DNA of 64,000 bases from an uncultured Methanosarcinaceae archaeon (GTDB lineage Archaea > Halobacteriota > Methanosarcinia > Methanosarcinales > Methanosarcinaceae). The notes below the pieces were generated by a model that saw nothing but the letters and a program-made list of their open reading frames with translations, had not been told where the DNA came from and searched no databases. The stretch covers positions 32,001-96,000 of the forward strand of contig CAWHXP010000012.1 of assembly GCA_963833425.1 (NCBI GenBank), read 5' to 3'. Within the stretch, counting starts at the first letter, position 1, and each line of letters starts with the position of its first letter. Positions 61,072 through 64,000 of the stretch are shown here, one piece after another. Position numbers and translations under genes: made by a program.

Positions 61072-61962
61072 ATGGGAGATAATACTGTAATGAAATCAAT
61101 AGATCAGACTCCAACACCTATTGCTGTCACTGTGAAGTGGCGGGTTGTAACACACAAAGGTTTGGTGCGTTCACAGAATGAGGATGCCCATTATGTAGCC
61201 CATAAAGTCGATGCAAAAACGGAGGGAAAATCTACTTCACGTTACCTTTTCGCTATCGCTGATGGGCTCGGCGGACATAAAGGTGGAGCCGTTGCAAGCA
61301 GAATAGCCTTGAAAGCCATTAAAGACGAATTCACGAACTGGCATGGGGAAGCAGCGAATCATTTTGTTAGTCGGGCATTAAAGCACGCTAATCAGGAAGT
61401 ATTCATAGCGGGTAATTCGCAACCGAAATTGTTCGAGAATATGCAGACCACATTAACTGCTATAACACTGGATCACGGTTCATTGACAGTCGGGCACGTG
61501 GGTGACTGTCGATTTTATAGAATAAGAAATGGCAGTATCAAATTATTGACCCGGGATCACACAATGGCTAACGACTTGCTCCATTTACATCTCATCTCAC
61601 ATAAACAGGTTCAGCAGCATCCTGGACGCCATCAACTTACTCGCTCAGTAGGTGGCGAGCCGGTTTTAAATGTAGATATAATACGTGAGCACATCCTGCC
61701 CGGTGATACTTATTTACTTTGCAGTGATGGGTTATGGTCCGAGATTAGTGATGAAGAAATAGAGATTGTTATGCAAGAAAACAACATTGACACTGCTTGT
61801 GGCGAACTTGTCGGACTTGCGCTGAAAGCAGGGGCTCCTGATAACATTACTGCCATTATTTTTCGCGTTGAAACTATAGGAAAAGAAGATGCTTCACCAT
61901 TTTCCTGGCGGGCGATTCTGGATTACGTCCCCGATTTATTGAACAAGAACTCTGGATCTTAA
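61072..61962 (+). CDS. PP2C/PPM-family Ser/Thr protein phosphatase
   Basis: GLVRSQNED, IADGLGGH, TTLTA, HVGDCR, TRDH, LTRSVG, LCSDGL, PDNIT; metal-binding Asp residues present. Confidence 0.93.
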   Translation: MGDNTVMKSIDQTPTPIAVTVKWRVVTHKGLVRSQNEDAHYVAHKVDAKTEGKSTSRYLFAIADGLGGHKGGAVASRIALKAIKDEFTNWHGEAANHFVSRALKHANQEVFIAGNSQPKLFENMQTTLTAITLDHGSLTVGHVGDCRFYRIRNGSIKLLTRDHTMANDLLHLHLISHKQVQQHPGRHQLTRSVGGEPVLNVDIIREHILPGDTYLLCSDGLWSEISDEEIEIVMQENNIDTACGELVGLALKAGAPDNITAIIFRVETIGKEDASPFSWRAILDYVPDLLNKNSGS

Positions 61963-62613
61963 TAATTTCTTTTAATCGATTTTTCGCAAATCTATGAAAA
62001 AAATGGCATATCTTTCCTCAATATGAAAGTAGCTCAAAAATCAATCTGACTTCCAATGAATCAATAATGGGCAATAAACAAACAAATTATGCATGTGTAT
62101 GTATCTAGAAAAATTATGAGGTTTTATAATATGATCTTTACAAGGGGAATAAATACAAAGCCTCCAATATTTTCTGGAAAAGCTCGCGAAGAAGCGAAAT
62201 TGGATTCTGGTCTACTTCATTCATGTTCGATTGCGGAATATAGTACCATTAAAATGGTGCCGCAATCTTTCATCTCGATTTGCAGTTATGAGTTACGCGA
62301 TATTGAATAACTGAAAACTCTTAAAGACAGTAAAAAAAATATTCTAATAATTTCTTTTATTTCGCCTCTTCCGTTGTATGTTGTTCTGAAATATTTTGGT
62401 TATTCAAATATAAGCATTTAATTAAAAATTTTACTTATTTTGTAAGTATAATGAATTCACGAATTTATATAATCATAGTTATATCTTTGTGGTTGTGGAT
62501 ATATGGTAAAAATGAACCAATTTTCGAGGCAAAATTATCTCGGGATAAAACATTGCTTGATTAATTTGAAAACTAATCTTGAATCAAGGTGCTCATCCAG
62601 GGAAAGATGCTTT

Positions 62614-62949
62614 GTGTATACAATTCTCCTGTTTATCCTTGCAGGTATTTTTGAAATTGGTGGAGGATATCTTATCTGGTTATGGCTGCGAGAAGGAAGA
62701 GAGCTGATATTTGCATTTTCAGGGGCAATAGTTTTGTTTCTTTACGGTATCATACCAACATTCCAGCCTTCATATTTTCATAGAATATATGCGACTTATG
62801 GGGGCATTTTTGTCGTTATGTCTATTTTATGGGGCTGGCTATTCGATAAAATCCAACCTGATACTTATGATCTCATCGGCGCCCTGATCATTCTCATCGG
62901 TGTTTCAATTATATTTTACTGGCCAAGGAAAGATGATGCTAATGGTTGA
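62614..62949 (+). CDS. ynfA: YnfA (UPF0060, SMR-like) membrane protein
   Basis: LFILAGIFEIGGGYLIWLWLR..YGIIPTFQ..RIYATYGGIF; GTG start inferred. Confidence 0.88.
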   Translation: MYTILLFILAGIFEIGGGYLIWLWLREGRELIFAFSGAIVLFLYGIIPTFQPSYFHRIYATYGGIFVVMSILWGWLFDKIQPDTYDLIGALIILIGVSIIFYWPRKDDANG

Positions 62950-63271
62950 TATTGGAATTTCTCTCTTTCTATTCTTTCTGGCAGCTTTATTCGAAATCGG
63001 AGGAGGTTATCTAGTCTGGTTATGGTTGAGGGAAAATAAGGGACTAACCTATGGTTTCCTTGGTGGTTTAACATTAGCCGTCTATGGGATAATTCCAACT
63101 TTCCAGCATGCGCATTTTGGTAGGGTCTATGCTGCGTACGGAGGGATCTTTATAGTTTCGTCTCTTATATGGGGCACATTTGTCGATAAGAAGAGACCTG
63201 ATAAATATGAAATAATAGGGGCTTTGATTGCTTTAGTAGGGGTTTTTATAATGTTTTATATTCCACGCTAA
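62942..63271 (+). CDS. ynfA: YnfA (UPF0060) membrane protein, second paralog
   Basis: LAALFEIGGGYLVWLWLR..FGRVYAAYGGIF..PD.Y..PR. Confidence 0.9.
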   Translation: MVDIGISLFLFFLAALFEIGGGYLVWLWLRENKGLTYGFLGGLTLAVYGIIPTFQHAHFGRVYAAYGGIFIVSSLIWGTFVDKKRPDKYEIIGALIALVGVFIMFYIPR

Positions 63272-63753
63272 TGAATTATATTCATTATCAATTTGTATCC
63301 AGCAAGTAATTTGGTAACTTCCGTGAGATATTGATTAATTCTGAAAAAAGTGACTACAACTCTTACATTTGAATAAAATGTGAAGATATTCTTTTACTCA
63401 ATGTTTTCAGTAATTTTAGACATTATAGGAATTTGGATTCTATAGAAATCCTCAATTTAATCCAAATTAGTTTGACCTTAATGTTTACTTATTTATTTTG
63501 AATACCTACAGTTGATTTAGTAGTTTTTCTACAGAACTATCTATCCATCATTTCAAAATTACCCCAATTAAATGATTTGGGAAGGTTAAATAATTAGATT
63601 AATTATTGTCAAGTTATGGAATAATTTATACTATTAAATTTACTCAACTTAAAAAATCAATAACATTAAACCTTCAACCGTCTAAAGCGAAACTTAAATC
63701 ACAAAGTCTATGATTTTGATTTTGTATCTACGGTGCATAAGTTTTATATTTTA

Positions 63754-64000
63754 TCAAGATTGTAGAACAAACCCATCTTCTTTCAATATTTTCTGCCCTT
63801 CTACTCCGGTTACGAAATCAAGGAACTTCTGGGCTTTTTCTTTGTGGGGAGAAGAAGAAACTACAGTTATTGGATAATTGATTGGGGTGCTGATAGGTAC
63901 ACTGGCTATGATTTTTATAATTCCGGGTCGTGCAGTTTTTACATCGGTTATATATACTAAACCTGCATCAGCATCTACTCTTTCCACATATACAAGTACT
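63754..64000 (-). CDS. modA: Molybdate ABC transporter substrate-binding protein, C-terminal part (runs off the window)
   Basis: YVER.DADAGLVY.TD..PINYPI.V..AQKFLDFV..EGQKIL..GF. Confidence 0.8.
   Translation of the reverse strand, partial: VLVYVERVDADAGLVYITDVKTARPGIIKIIASVPISTPINYPITVVSSSPHKEKAQKFLDFVTGVEGQKILKEDGFVLQS

Noticed and set aside
62150..62310. Possible Ser/Thr kinase relic after the PP2C gene (REEA..L.H)
   Set aside because: Only a few residues resemble kinase subdomains III-IV; no HRD or DFG motif found

Overview
AT-rich window that most likely comes from a Methanosarcina-type archaeon (PGF-pre-PGF/PGF-CTERM surface protein, nifH-nifI1-nifI2-nifDKEN order, N-type F1Fo ATPase operon, HisKA_2 PAS kinase, TATA/BRE promoters). 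The left 40 kb is heavily decayed. It holds an N-ATPase operon (atpDCQRBEFAG) in which only atpQ, atpB and atpE are intact, about ten other pseudogenes, IS5 (x3 plus a relic), IS6, IS110, IS630 and IS200/IS605 elements, and a family of ~85-89 bp MITEs that share ends with the IS5 pair. The right 24 kb is a nitrogen-acquisition neighbourhood: an intact Mo-nitrogenase operon, amtB with a ruined glnK, a broken KimA-like APC transporter, an intact APC permease + PP2C phosphatase pair, two YnfA genes and the end of modA. The strongest unexplained signals are (i) a shared promoter architecture, TATA-N10-[4 bp]-N6-T(A/G/T)CC, upstream of nifH, glnK-amtB and the KimA-like gene, plus three copies of a variant (TCACCAA-N5-TRCC) in front of the APC-PP2C pair, and (ii) a gene made of nine tandem HTH modules. 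All calls come from reading the sequence and recalling family motifs; no database searches were run, and relic boundaries are approximate.
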